64,000 nucleotides of DNA, taken from positions 33,976,001 to 34,040,000 of the forward strand of contig NC_043007.1 of assembly GCF_006345805.1 (NCBI RefSeq), read 5' to 3'. The stretch comes from Octopus sinensis. Its lineage: Eukaryota. Below the pieces are notes generated by a model. That model searched no databases and was not told where the DNA came from. It saw nothing but the letters and a program-made list of their open reading frames with translations. Numbering within the stretch: the stretch's first letter is position 1; every line of letters starts with the position of its first letter. Below are positions 1 through 13,222 of this stretch, piece after piece. The position numbers and the translations under genes are program-made.

Positions 1-769
1 ATATAAAAATTTCGCACACATTCTCACGCAAAGCTTAGTAAAAGTATAAATATGTAAACACATATTCACAGAGGGACTGTGAGACAGACGGGAACCAAGA
101 ACAAATTTTTAAAAATGTCCGTAAATGTAAAGGAAATGTATGTGATATATATAATACGATATTAATGCATGCAGGTATAAAATATGCATGCAGTCGGTTG
201 AATGTTTTTGCCGCAAGCAAAATCTGAAAGAAAATATATTAACAGAAAAAAAAAGTGATTGAAATATATTAAGAACAATAAATACAACAAGTTTTAATGA
301 AATTCAAATTGAAAAATGAAACGATGGAAAAAAGAATATGCACACAGCAATACCTATAACGACAAAAACAAATGACTAGTGCAGTCGATGGAGATAAAGA
401 AATGTATGTGTTCAAATATGGCCGCCTTCGGTAAATGACTTTACAGAAGAAAAAAAACATTATGTGTTATAAAAATGTTGCAATCGATTTTGAAATTTCT
501 TCTATGTTATCATTGTAAAAATCAATAATTTTACAGAGGGTGAGGGGAAAAGAGATGGCGGGGGAGAGAAGGGGTGAAAGAACAGAGGCTGGTAAGATGT
601 GAAACAGGAGAGTAGGAGTTAACTTTTGAGAAACAAGTTGCGAGAATAAGAGAGAGAGAGAGTACGAAAGAAATGAGGTTGATAGAGATGGGGAGTATGA
701 GATAAAAGTTGAGAGCAAGAAACAAAAAGTCGCTAGAAAACAGATACAAAAATGCATTACTGGAAATAA

Positions 770-1700
770 TATGGATCACATATAAGATGATATGAGACGT
801 GCCCAGGGGTCATACGGTGGACTCCTCCCTCTCATTTAGATACGTTTGATGATGCGGATGACTGTGCTGGCCTCAAATACAGATGATCAACAGAAGAAAA
901 TTAATAAGTTTGACAGTTATGCAAAGGCTGGTCTTAATATCAATACCTCAAACGGACAAGTCTGGAGTTTACACTCTTGCAACACGGCACCTACCATTGC
1001 CAAACATAACTCATTCGATTATATTTAGGACATTATACATCTAGTAAGCCTTATCAGCGAAAACATCAGGAAAGGATGAAGACATCGAAGTAAGGTTTAA
1101 CCACCCACTTCTAGTATATGGAGTGGAGGCGCAATGGCCCAGTGGTTAGGGCAGCGGACTCGCGGTCATAGGATCGCGATTTCGATTCCCAGACCAGGCG
1201 TTGTGAGTGTTTATTGAGCGAAAACACCTAAAAGCTCCACGAGGCTCCGGCAGGGGATGGTGGTGATCTCTGCTGTACTCTTTCACCACAACTTTCTCTC
1301 ACTCTTACTTCCTGTTTCTGTTGTACCTGTATTTCAAAGGGCCGACCTTGTCACTCTCTGTGTCACGCTGAATATCCCCGAGAACTACGTTAAGGGTACA
1401 CGTGTCTGTGGAGTGCTCAGACACTTACACGTTAATTTCACGAGCAGGCTGTTCCGTTGATTCGGATCAACCGAAACCCTCATCGTCGTAACCGACGGAG
1501 TGCTTCCATCCAGTATATGGAACACATTAGTTGGTTTGTAAGTCAAGGAAATATAGACTTAGGATTCAAGATTGGGTTATATACAAACGGCAAAGCCCAA
1601 CTTATTCTAAAATATCGATTAGAATGCTGGTAAGTGGTTTAAAGAGAAGCTAATGAGATCAGTACTTTTCATAATTGTGTAAGAGAGTATGAAGCGTCTT
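770..1700 (+). mobile_element. Decayed RTE-like LINE reverse transcriptase fragment, interrupted by a SINE
   Basis: Across frameshifts it reads D-A-D-D (YADD-like), then QQKKINKFDSYAKAGLNIN, then DIEVRF, the order seen in LINE RT domains 5-7. Confidence 0.5.
1123..1511 (+). mobile_element. tRNA-headed SINE family B, full length, tail type 1
   Basis: A/B-box head GGCCCAGTGGTTAGGGCAGCG...TTCGATTCCC; 10-bp TSD AGTATATGGA at 1113-1122 and 1512-1521. Confidence 0.9.
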
Positions 1701-2186
1701 GGCACCGCTGTTTAGGCGCTCACTATTGGGTGTCATTTATTCGGTGTCATTTCTTCGACGCAGATTATTAGACATCCGCCATTTTGACGTTTCTATCGTT
1801 CTCTTCCCCTCCTCTCTCTGTTTTTGTGTGTTTGTGTATTTCATTTTATGTAACTCGAGTTCATTTATGAATTATAATCTCTTTCTCTACCCATCTCTTC
1901 TCTCTCCCTCTCCCGCTCTCTCTTTCTCCCTCTTACATTTTCTGCCTGAATGCGTATAATTCTGCCTGAGTATGTGTTTGCTTCCAGCTCCAAAACGTAT
2001 TATCACCAAAATTTGACGAATGTCCTCTTAGAAATCTACCATCTCATCTGTGACTAAGCAGCTGCGCCTAATGGTCTCATTCCATTCTGTGATAGTTTAC
2101 CGCATTTTCTCGGCTGTAAACAATACCAAATTGACATGTGCAGCAAAAATAATGAGCCTCGAAATAAAACATGATTTGGTTGCATT

Positions 2187-2598
2187 GCGCAGGAGTGGCT
2201 GTGTGGTAAGTAGCTTGCTAACCAACCACATGGTTCCGGGTTCAGTCCCACTGCGTGGCATCTTGGGCAAGTGTCTTCTGCTATAGCCCCGGGCCGATAA
2301 ATGCCTTGTGAGGGGATTTGGTAGACGGAAACTGAAAGAAGCCTGTCGTATATATGTATATATATATATATATATAGTGTGTGTGTCTGTGTTTGTCCTC
2401 CTAGCATTGCTTGACAACCGATGCTGGTGTGTTTACGTCCTCGTCACTTAGTGGTTCGGCAAAAGAGACCGAAAGAATCAGTACTGGGCTTACAAAGAAT
2501 AAGTCCCCGGGGTCGATTTGCTCGACTAAAGGCGGTGCTCCAGCATGGCCGCAGTCAAATGACTGAAACAAGTAAAAGAGTAAAAGAGTAAAAGAGTA
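2187..2598 (+). mobile_element. SINE family A (tRNA-like head, internal (AT)/(GT) microsatellite, GTAAAAGA tail)
   Basis: More than 12 copies in the window share head GGCGCAGGAGTGGCTGTGTGGTAAG...GGTTCAGTCCC and tail GACTGAAACAAGTAAAAGAGTA. Confidence 0.9.
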
Positions 2599-4011
2599 TT
2601 CTCACAATGAACGGTGACAAGATACACAAGGCGACATAAAATATGGAAGCCGCTAGAATTGCAAACTCCAGTCCGATCAAAAGGCACAATATATAGATAA
2701 GATGAAGGCTAGCTGAGAGAAATGGATTCTACACGGAAGATGTTTGAAAACTTATTTCGAAACCGGTATTTTATTAACTCCGGAGTGATGGTCGATATAT
2801 ATGACCACGTCGGAATGGGATCTAACTCCAAACTTATATAACTAATTACTGCAAACCTATGTGTCCCGACGTCCAAACAGTTTTCCACTTTACCATATTA
2901 ATAGAATTAAGAAACGAAAGAATTGAAAATATAAAACGGAGATAAATAAATAAATAAATAAATAAATAAATACATAGATAATTTGTTAAGAAGTTTAACA
3001 AAGGAGAAGAGACGAACAGAGTCTGTCTTAAGATCAAACACCCACCACCATAAAAAAAAATCGCTATTTTCAATTGCTATGAATAAATATGAAGTGATGT
3101 AAATTTGTATTTTCGTATAACGAGTACAAGGATTATAATTGAAGAAAGCTTTATTTCTCCATGAGAAGTCTGTTAAATTCTCAGAATAAAATAGAATATT
3201 AGTAATATAATATACCAGGATATAATGTAATATAATACAATACGTTATAATAGTCTACACACAATAGGTATTATTTGGCTTATATGTATATATGTGTTTA
3301 TATACATTTACATAAAGATATATATATATATATATATATGCGTCTGTGTGTTTGTGTGTGTGTTTATATATGTATTTATATATATATATATATATAGGTA
3401 GTTAGAGAGAGAGATTGATATACGTATATATATATATGCATATATATGTATGCATATGGTTGTATATAAATTTATATTTGCATATGTATATATGTGTGTG
3501 TGTATGAAATAGACTTACATATATGTACACCATATATGAATATACATATGGCTACATTTATATATATATATATATATATGCATATGAATAAATATATGTA
3601 TATATTATGTATATATATATGTATATATATATATATGTATATATAAATGTAAGTATGTATGTATTTAACTGTCTTATACACATACACATATATATGTATA
3701 ACTGTGTATATGTTATTATGTCTAGGTTTGAATAATATATTATACACATGCATACACACACACACTCAGCGCGTATATATTATACATAAATATACGTAAA
3801 AAAATTCTCGCAGACTTCCTTCGATAAAATTGGATTTATTGCAATGAAAAGGATATGGAGAGAATACGTATGCATGTATGTATGAACGTATGTATGTATG
3901 CATGCATGTATGTATGAGTATATATATATATGTATATGTATGCGTGTGCGTGTGTGTGTGCGCGTGTGTATATGTAGTACTATATACATATACATGTATA
4001 AATATTCTTAC

Positions 4012-4053
<42 letters not shown>

Positions 4054-4407
4054 ATGTTGTATACATATATATTTATATATATGTATATATGAGTATGTAT
4101 TTATGAAGAATCGATTACAAAAATTCTCTGAATAGAATCAATAATCTTTTCTCTATTACCTCTGGCCGAAATAAAATTATAGAAATAATACAATAAACAT
4201 ATATATCGAGGTTATTAATTATGTAAAAAGTATTAAAAGAAGACTAAAGTAAAACAATATATACATTTTTATAAAATTACAAATATATCCTGTGTAATAT
4301 TGTGTGTATATATATGAATGGATACGTACGTAGGTATATGTTGAAGTGTATACGCATATATAAGTATATATGTGTGTATATACATATATATATATATACG
4401 TATACAT

Positions 4408-4444
<37 letters not shown>

Positions 4445-5322
4445 AGTACATGTGCACATATATATATATATTAATATATATATATATATGTGTATATATA
4501 TATATGTATGTGTGTATGTATTATGTATGTATATATTGTATCGTTGCTATTCCTATGCATAGTTGAACAGTAACAAAGTGAAGCCTATAATTTAAAATGA
4601 AGGAACTCATATATGCATGAGTGTGTGTGTTTGGTTTTTCTATGTGTATGCAAGTATGTATGTGTGTATATATCTATACATACAAGTATTGGTAACTGCT
4701 TATACATACATACATACATACATACATGCATAGATGCATAGATGCATACATGCATAGATGCATACATACATACATGCATACATGCATAGATGCATAGATG
4801 CATAGATGCATACATACATACATACATGCATACATACATACATATGAAGAAAGAACATCTGCTTCAAAATAAGTTTCCATTTGATTTTCGTTCAATGAAG
4901 ATAAGAACCACAATACGGAAATTTTCCATGAATTATTTAAACTAGAGAGCTGAATATACTTGGAAAGAAGGCGATGCTTGATGACTTATATGACATATAT
5001 GGTAATATTTTTTCTATTGCTATCAAACTTGATATATTTCTGGGAAATCTAATTACAAATAAATGTTTTCAAATACTTCAAAACATATAAATATTTCTCA
5101 ATATTGTGAAATAAAAATTAACATATATCCATCACCGCACCAATATATCTTGCTGTCACAGAAAAAATCAGCGACAACAATGAGAATAAAAATAATTTAT
5201 TTGTTCCTTCTCAAGTCACGCCTGGCTCATAAGGGCCGTTTCCCGGTTTCCCGGTTTCCTTGGCGTATAGGTTCCCCACCCTCATCATCATCATCATCAT
5301 TATTATTATTATATTATTATTA

Positions 5323-5370
<48 letters not shown>

Positions 5371-5537
5371 TACTACTACTATTATTATTATTATTATATT
5401 ATTATTATTATTATTACTATTATTATTTTTATTTCATCATCATCATCATCGTCATTATCATCATCATATCATCATTATTATTATATATTATTAATTAGTA
5501 TTAGTATTATTATTATTATATTATTATCATTATGTTA

Positions 5538-5595
<58 letters not shown>

Positions 5596-5850
5596 GAGTG
5601 AGAGAGCAGTGCATTTCATCAACGTGGCACTGGGGTAAAATATACAAAGCCCGGTATATCCATGATGACTTGGTGATCAGAGATGCACATATCGTCAGCC
5701 AGTAAGGGACATGCTCAACTTGTTAAGGTCAAGCAACTGACAAGAAAATCTGTGATATTGAGCAGAATATTTGCAGTAGCCCATATGTTTAAGCTCTTTG
5801 ATTTCTTTAGAGCATAGCCTATCGACACATTTCTCTACTGTTCTCGATTC
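5596..5850 (-). mobile_element. Retroelement 3' end with (AAT)n tail (family D)
   Basis: Homologous to 39191-39335 and 54630-54910; each copy abuts an (AAT)n run at CTCTCACT. Confidence 0.55.
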
Positions 5851-7236
5851 TGGATTACCTTTCCTGCTTCTTTTCACTTAGACTGCCTCTTTTCGAATTT
5901 TGCTGGGAGTGGAAGGTTTTCGCCGAGAGAAAACTTTTCATTCTCAGGTCTTGTTGATTGTGAGTTGCATCTGTAACTGCATATATTTTTCTAGCTAAAA
6001 ATGTGCCTATGCGACATTTTGAAAGATGTCCATATTAATCTAGCCTCTTGTCTTTTAACTATACTGCATGCGAGGCACTACTAGAAGCTTGTGCATTGGT
6101 AGAATAATTCTTAAGAGACATTCAGACACACGTACCACCACACTGACCAAGACTAGACCTTGTAGTGGAAGTTCACTCAAAGCTTGAAGTATGTAACCGA
6201 AAAGGCTTGTAATATATAATCAACAAATAGTCCACCAATTTATACCCCAGAACAAGTTATTGCTTAATTAACTGTTTAAAAAAAAACAGCGCTCTGGTCA
6301 ATTTGAGATCCAAAGATATTCTATAACACATTCTTTAATTTAGTTTAATACCCAAGTTTATGAATCCTAGTGTTTCAGTTCTTTTAACCACTTAAAATTA
6401 ACAGGAAGTTTTACATACAGGAACTTACTCACTTAAAATTAACAGGTAGTTTTCTTCGAAACGCGAAGTTCCCCTAACATCACATCACTCAACCATATGG
6501 GTATACCATCTAATACTGACCTGCCTCAGAAGGTGCGCTGGCACACGGAACATTGGAGAACAGAATATAAAGATGCTGGAACAAAAGCGTATGTGTAATT
6601 TAGTTTCATTGTATTATACGCGTAAGTTTGTAATTTGAATATAATGGTAACTGAATTGGCAGCAGAACGCATAAGAAAGGAAAATGTCTGATCAACTGAC
6701 TGACCAGTTAGTTAGCTAACTAGCGAACTAACTAATTAACTAACAGGAATGCCTGCTAACATGCTTTTTCATAAAAATGACTACAAACGCAACAGACCAA
6801 GATGCGTATGTGTACCTATGTGTACGTATGTGTGTGCATGTATGTGTATAGTAATATGTGCATGTTCCTCTATAGAGACTGTATGACGTAACGTTGTAGC
6901 GAGAATAAATTAAGACACATAGAGAAACAGGAGAGGCGTATTGTAAGAATGAGTAAGGGGAGCATGTAGTAATCTGGGAGAGTAGAAGTGAATCTGTGTA
7001 TTCTTCGTTAGAGGCGGAGGAGAAGATTCAGGACTCATATTCAGTGAGAGAAGATATCGCCATACTGGAGACCAGCCTAAACCAATTACTAGGAAACCGT
7101 AGATTTAGCTCAATGCTCTCATCTGCCACAAACATCGTTTAAATATCGGTAGGTGCATCTATGTTTATACGATCTGGTGCCAGTTGTCGTAACGTTTGTG
7201 TATTATGCCCGATGTGTATGTAAACCAATTATCAGC

Positions 7237-8122
7237 ATGTGTTTATTTGTTTTCGCATTTAGTTGTGTGTTATAATGCGAAATGTATTAACATAACGTAA
7301 AAATCGATCGGACGTTAGGTAATCGGTTCTTCTTCACAAGAATGGCCATGACAAATGTAATAATTTCTAGATGCAGTTTTGGCTCTGGTCTTTGGTAAAC
7401 GTCGTATTCTTTTACATACATTTATATGTGTGTAAGTGTGTGTGTGAGACAGAGTGCATGTATACGGATGCATTTGTATTCATATATATATATATAATAT
7501 ATATATATACATATATATAGGCGTAGGAGTGGCTGTGTGGTAAGTAGCGTGCTTACGAACCACATGGTTCCGGGTTCAGTCTCACTGCGTGGCACCTTGG
7601 GCATGTGTCTTGTACTATAGCCTCGGGCGGACCAACGCCTTGTGAGTGGATTTGGTAGACGGAAACTGAAAGAAGCCGGTCCTATATATGTATATATATA
7701 TAGCTATGTGTGTATGTATGAGTTTGTGTATCTGTGTTTGTCCCACCAACATCGCTTGACAACCGATGATAGCGTGTTTACGTCCACGTAACTTAACGGT
7801 TCGGCAAAAGAGACCGATAGAATAAGTACTTGGCTTACAAAGTATAAGTCATGTGGTCGATTTGCTCGACTAAAGGCGGTGCTCCAGCATGGCCACAATC
7901 AAATGACTGAAACAAGTAAAAGAGTAAAGAGTATATATGTGTTTATTTGATTTCGCATTTAGCTGTGTGTTATAATGCGAAATGTATTAACATAACGTAA
8001 AAATCGATCGGACGTTAGGTATTCGGTTCCTCTTCACAAGAATGGGCATGACAAATGTAATAATTTCTAGATGCAGTTTTGTGTGTGAGACAGGGTGTAT
8101 GTATACGGATGTATTTGTTTTC

Positions 8123-8192
<70 letters not shown>

Positions 8193-8222
8193 AAGATATA
8201 TATATATATATATATAATATAT

Positions 8223-8264
<42 letters not shown>

Positions 8265-8686
8265 TATAGGCGTAGGAGTGGCTGTGTGGTAAGTAGCGTG
8301 CTTACGAACCACATGGTTCCGGGTTCAGTCTCACTGCGTGGCACCTTGGGCATGTGACTTGTACTATAGCCTCGGGCGGACCAACGCCTTGTGAGTGGAT
8401 TTGGTAGACGGAAACTGAAAGAAGCCGGTCCTATATATGTATATATATATAGCTATGTGTGTATGTATGAGTTTGTGTATCTGTGTTTGTCCCACCAACA
8501 TCGCTTGACAACCGATGATAGCGTGTTTACGTCCCCGTAACTTAACGGTTCGGCAAAAGAGACCGATAGAATAAGTACTTGGCTTACAAATTATAAGTCA
8601 CGTGGTCGATTTGCTCGACTAAAGGCGGTGCTCCAGCATGGCCACAATCAAATGACTGAAACAAGTAAAAGAGTAAAGAGTATATA
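7237..8686. repeat. Tandem duplication of a ~700-bp unit containing a family A SINE
   Basis: 7237-7936 and 7937-8686 share unique sequence and private SINE variants (SINEs at 7520-7933 and 8269-8683). Confidence 0.9.
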
Positions 8687-8999
8687 TGTGTGTGTGTAAG
8701 TATATATATACACACAAACAGACATATATACATGCGTGTATATATATCTATATATATATATATATAATGCCAATATAAATATACAAATATATAGTTATAT
8801 AGCATATAATCATGTGTAAATGTATGTATGTATGTATGTATGTATGTATGTATGTATGTATGTATGTATGTATGTATGTATGTACATGCATGAAATTCAT
8901 GTGTGTTATAGTATGTAAAAAACTTCCTGCTAATTGTCAGTGGGTTAACGTAACTGTGACAACGGGATTCATAAACTTGGGTATTAAACGAAATTATAG

Positions 9000-9720
9000 A
9001 ATAAGTTGGAGAAAAAAATATTCTTTGGATCGCAAATTGACCAGCGCACGGTCTTCAATGTGTGGATTAAACAATAAATTATGGGAGAATAAATTAGTGG
9101 TTTATTTCTTAGGCGGTCCTTTTCTTGGTACCTCAAATGCTTACGCTATGTTGTTAATAACTATTCTCCATCCAAGCCACTATGAAGAGATATTTGTTAG
9201 ATTTAAAATATTTTCTGTTCGGTGTGGATGGGAATGTTTGTGTAATAGTTTAAAGACGAATTTGGTTACCGTGTTTGGAACTTGATGGTAGGTTAAATCA
9301 AATAATGTTTTGTTCTTTTATTAAAAGAGTTACCTTTTATTCTGGATGTAATTAATATTGTTTTGATATACTCTTCTATCTGGTCTTTTGTGTAGGTGTT
9401 ACATCAATCACTGAAAATACATTCATTTGAGGAAATGATAGTGCGCCTGAGGAAGATTTTCCTCAATGATATCTCAATGGTATTATGGAGGTGGTTTAAG
9501 ATGCGTGTATGTATTGTAGTTTTTCATTGATCTTCATAAATATTTCATATAAGGAGTTTTTCATATCGAAAAAACAGTGTTTTCAAATGTGCTAAGCTTC
9601 GATAATGAAAACAAGGCTTTTTAACAGATCATGTAGGTATTCGCTAAATTTCTCTTTGATCCAGGTGTTAAAGTTGGAAATTAAGTCTAGTCCATCTTCT
9701 CTATGTACGCCATTGATGAT
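9000..9720 (-). mobile_element. Old, degenerate Penelope-like RT fragment
   Basis: Minus-strand remnants GVHREDGL (GLYRDDGL-like), NEKLQYIHAS-NH, ISSNECIF and II*FNLPSS (IIWFNPPFS-like). Confidence 0.55.
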
Positions 9721-9744
9721 AAACGTAACAGCCTTAACTATGTA

Positions 9745-10996
9745 TCAGGTCATCCCATAAGTTCTGTCCGAATTTTGAATAAAGAAAACAAGTGATCAAA
9801 TGTTATATTTAATTGAAAGTTAATCATCATTGTACTTTCCCTGATTATTTATGACTTTTTTCCATCTTTTTGCAAGCTTTTTAATCCCATCAATGTAAAA
9901 CTCTTTTGGTTTCAAAGCAAAGAAGGAAGTCAGTTTCGACTTCCTCCTGGCATGCAAAAGTTATGTCCCCCAAATGATTCTGTAAACTACGAAACAAATG
10001 GTAGTCTGAAGGAGCAAGGTCGAGAGAATAAGGTGGATGAGGAATTGTTTTCCCAGCCAAACTCTTCCATCTTCTCCGATGTGAACTTTGCAGTGTGGGG
10101 TCGCGAATTGTCCTGATGAAACACCACTCCTTTTCGATTCACTAAAGCGGATTTTTTTTCTTAAAAACTTGGTTCAAATGCTCTAATTGCTGACAGTAGA
10201 CTTGAGCATTGATTGTTGCATTAAGTGGTAACAATTCAAAGTGAATTACTCCTTTGTAATCCCACCAGATAGAGAGAAGAACCTTGTTTCCATGAAGTTC
10301 CCTTCTCGGTTGTGGTTGAGATTTTTCTCTTTTACCAAGCCACTGTTTACGACGTTTAACATTACGACAGAAGATCCATTTTCGTCACCAGTCACAAGTC
10401 TATCCAAAAAGAGTGAAATGAGTTCTCGAGAATGGAGAGACGAGCAGATGTCAACTCGGGATTTGCGGTTACTTTCGGAAATTCATTTTCCAAGTTTAGG
10501 AACCTTTCCAAGTTGTTGAAGATGACGATGAACAGTTGTATAGTTTGAACTAAGCTTTATTGCCAATTCTTCAACTGATAATGCAGGATTGTCTTCAAGT
10601 AATACCTCAAGGAGCTGTTCGTCCTATTCGATCTTCATCTTCAAGGCTGAAATCTCAACTTCTGAATTTTGCAAATCATCTTCTGCAAGTTCTTTCATTC
10701 AAGCATTCTTTCCCATAAACTGAGTGTATGTTTCGAGTCGTTTTGGCTGCAGAGTTTCCTTTTGTGTAGTCATAAAGCATTTTGTGCCTCAAATGCTCTT
10801 TGGATACTTCCATTTTAGAAAGGATTTTAGTCATAGAAATTTTAATTCTATTATTCTGTAAAATAATATTTAATTAGTTTAAATCTATACAAATGCATAA
10901 AAATAATTTTTAATCCCATTAGACATTCAAATATACTGTTATATTTCATTCAATTTTAAAGAAGGTAAAATCGGACAGAACTTATGGGATGACCTG

Positions 10997-10997
<1 letters not shown>
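9745..10997 (-). mobile_element. Full-length mariner transposon with pseudogenised transposase
   Basis: 27-bp TIRs TCAGGTCATCCCATAAGTTCTGTCCGA with TA on both sides; motifs MEVSKEHLRH, VTGDE, FHQDNSRPH, LAPSDYHLFRSLQN. Confidence 0.92.
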
Positions 10998-11042
<45 letters not shown>

Positions 11043-11185
11043 TTCCTTATTGTTGTCACGTATTCTGTATTTTTATTCGTGTACTTCGTTCGTTTTCTGT
11101 CCTCGTGTTGTATACATTCGAAGCTTTCTTCCAAGGGATCTAATGCGCTTGGCTTAGATTTCCCTTGGGGGCTGCCCAGATCGGA

Positions 11186-11251
11186 GCAATCTCAAGATTA
11201 ATCAGCCGAAATTGCGAAGATGATCTGGTTCTTGACTGATGACTGAGGGCT
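11186..11251 (+). ncRNA. Candidate non-circularly permuted hammerhead ribozyme within a ~300-bp element (11041-11340)
   Basis: GCAAT-C-TCAAGA ... AGCC-GAAATTGC ... TCTTGA-CTGATGA-N5-GGCT; stem I 6 bp, stem III 5 bp, all core nucleotides present. Confidence 0.5.
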
Positions 11252-11788
11252 TCGAATGTCCCGTCCTGTAGTTCTTGTGTCGTCTCTTTGGTGTTTCATG
11301 TTCTTGTCCATGTCTGTATTTATTTTTTTACTGTTTTACATATATATTTATATATATATAATCCGAAAATTTCGCTAAACTCGATCCAATATTTGGAGCT
11401 TCATACTTACAACTAAATGCATTGTTATGTATCTTTATCTACGTAGCGTTATTGTAAAACGGGAAATACTTCTGTGCACGTAATATCTTAATTCCAGATT
11501 CTTAATGTACGTGCGTGCGCGCGCGCGTATGTGTGTGCGTACGCGCGCGCGTGTGTGTGTGCGCGCGCACGTTTTCGCTTATCATTTGGGGGGGGGGGGT
11601 TAGTGCGGTTATGTTCTGATAAAGTTACGCTGTACTTCAAGAAGCCGCACTTTTTCCTTGTCTTGGAAGCTATTTAATCACTGTAAGGTGAAAAGATTTG
11701 GGATTATTATTCCACTCTAGTTGGTTGAATTATGTACGGGATTCAGATGAGGAAACTCTCAATATTTTTTGCTAATATTGTCTACATA

Positions 11789-12217
11789 GGCGCAGGAATG
11801 GCTGTGTGGTAAGTAGCTTGCTAACCAACCACATGGTTCCGGGTTCAGTCCCACTGCGTGGCATCTTGGGCAAGTGTCTTCTGCTATAGCCTCGGGCCGA
11901 CCAATGCCTTGTGAGTGGATTTGGTAGACGGAAACTGAAAGAAGCCTGTCGTCTATATGTATATATATATATAGATATGTATGTGCGTGTATATGTTTGT
12001 GTGTCTGTGTTTGTCCCGCTAGCATTGCTTGACAACCGATGCTGGTATGTTTACGTCCCCGTAACTTAGCGGTTCGGCAAAAGATACCGATAGAATAAGT
12101 ACTGGGCTTACAAAGAATAAGTCCCCGGGGTCGATTTGCTCGACTAAAGGCGGTGCTCCAGCATGGCCGCAGTCAAACAACTGAAACAAGTAAAAGAGTA
12201 AAAAGAGTAAAAGAGTA
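11789..12217 (+). mobile_element. SINE family A, full length
   Basis: Matches the other family A copies from head to tail. Confidence 0.9.
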
Positions 12218-12919
12218 TAGATTTTTGATGAGTATATTGCTCTTGTTGATTAATTGTCTTTGGAATTGTCTAATGTCCTTGTGAGTGAAATAGGGTATTT
12301 GTTAATTCAAGGTATCAATTCTTTTGTACATATGTAGTTTTGTATCTAATTTCTTGATCTAATTTCTTGACATTATAAATGGCAGCTTAATATATATTTT
12401 TATATTTAGTAAAGGTAGAAATAAATTGTACCTGAGTTATTTGATTACTGAGCTTAAACGATGTCATTCTATGTCTTAATGAACTTATTCAATTTAAGTT
12501 AACTGAAATTAATATTCAAACCAACTTAACATACAACCTCGCAGACTCAATATTAACCACACATACGGATTCCATTTTGACACATTCAAAATCAAAGTGA
12601 TACAGTCGTTCGTAGTTTGGAGAGGTAAAAGACATTAATCATATTAAGAACATTGGAAAAATAAATGAGCTCGAGAAGATAAATACATTTTGATAACTGA
12701 TAAATTTGGTTGTTGTGGAGAGTGAAAATCTTTAAGTTTTGAACAAAGGCGTAGGAGTAGCTGTGTGGTAAGTAGCTTGATAACGAACCACATGGTTCCG
12801 GGTTCAGTCCCACTGCGTGGCACCATGGACAAGTGTATTCTACTATATGTATAAGGTACATACATGCATAGATACATGCATAGATACATACATACATTCA
12901 TACATATGTATATATATAT

Positions 12920-13112
12920 ATTTCTTTACTACCCACAAGGGGCTAAACATAGAGGGGACAAACAAGGACAGAGAAACGGATTAAGTCGATTATACTGAAT
13001 CGACCCCGAAAGGATGAAAGGCAAAGTCGACCTCGGCGGAATTTGAACACAGAACGTAAAGACAGACGAAATACCGCTAAGCATTTCGCCCGGCGTGCTA
13101 ATGATTCTGCCA
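12920..13112 (-). mobile_element. SINE family C (Meta-domain-like core), internally deleted
   Basis: Core GGTCGACTTTGCCTTTCATCCTTTCGGGGTCGAT and tail CCCCTTGTGGGTAGTAAAGAAA. Confidence 0.8.
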
Positions 13113-13222
13113 TATATATAATCTGTTTGAAGGTGGCCGCTGTCTAATGTCTGAATCAAGTAAAAGGTAAAAGATATATATATTAATTCATGTATACATG
13201 TGTTGAAGGTAGAGGGCATATA

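Noticed and set aside
35-220. 61-aa ORF after a minus-strand acceptor-like site
   Set aside because: No recognisable homology or donor, at the window edge; cannot be supported
2187-2260. tRNA-like sequences at SINE heads
   Set aside because: They continue into SINE bodies and lack complete cloverleaves; not tRNA genes
6890-7230. Possible LTR starting TG with an AATAAA
   Set aside because: No second LTR, PBS, PPT or TSD found
10112-10122. CTGATGAAAC motif
   Set aside because: Reverse complement of the mariner FHQDN codons
11236-11266. Ordinary type I reading CTGATGA...CGAATGTCCCGTC
   Set aside because: Position 15.1 is U and nothing after GTC pairs with stem I; the upstream permuted reading fits far better
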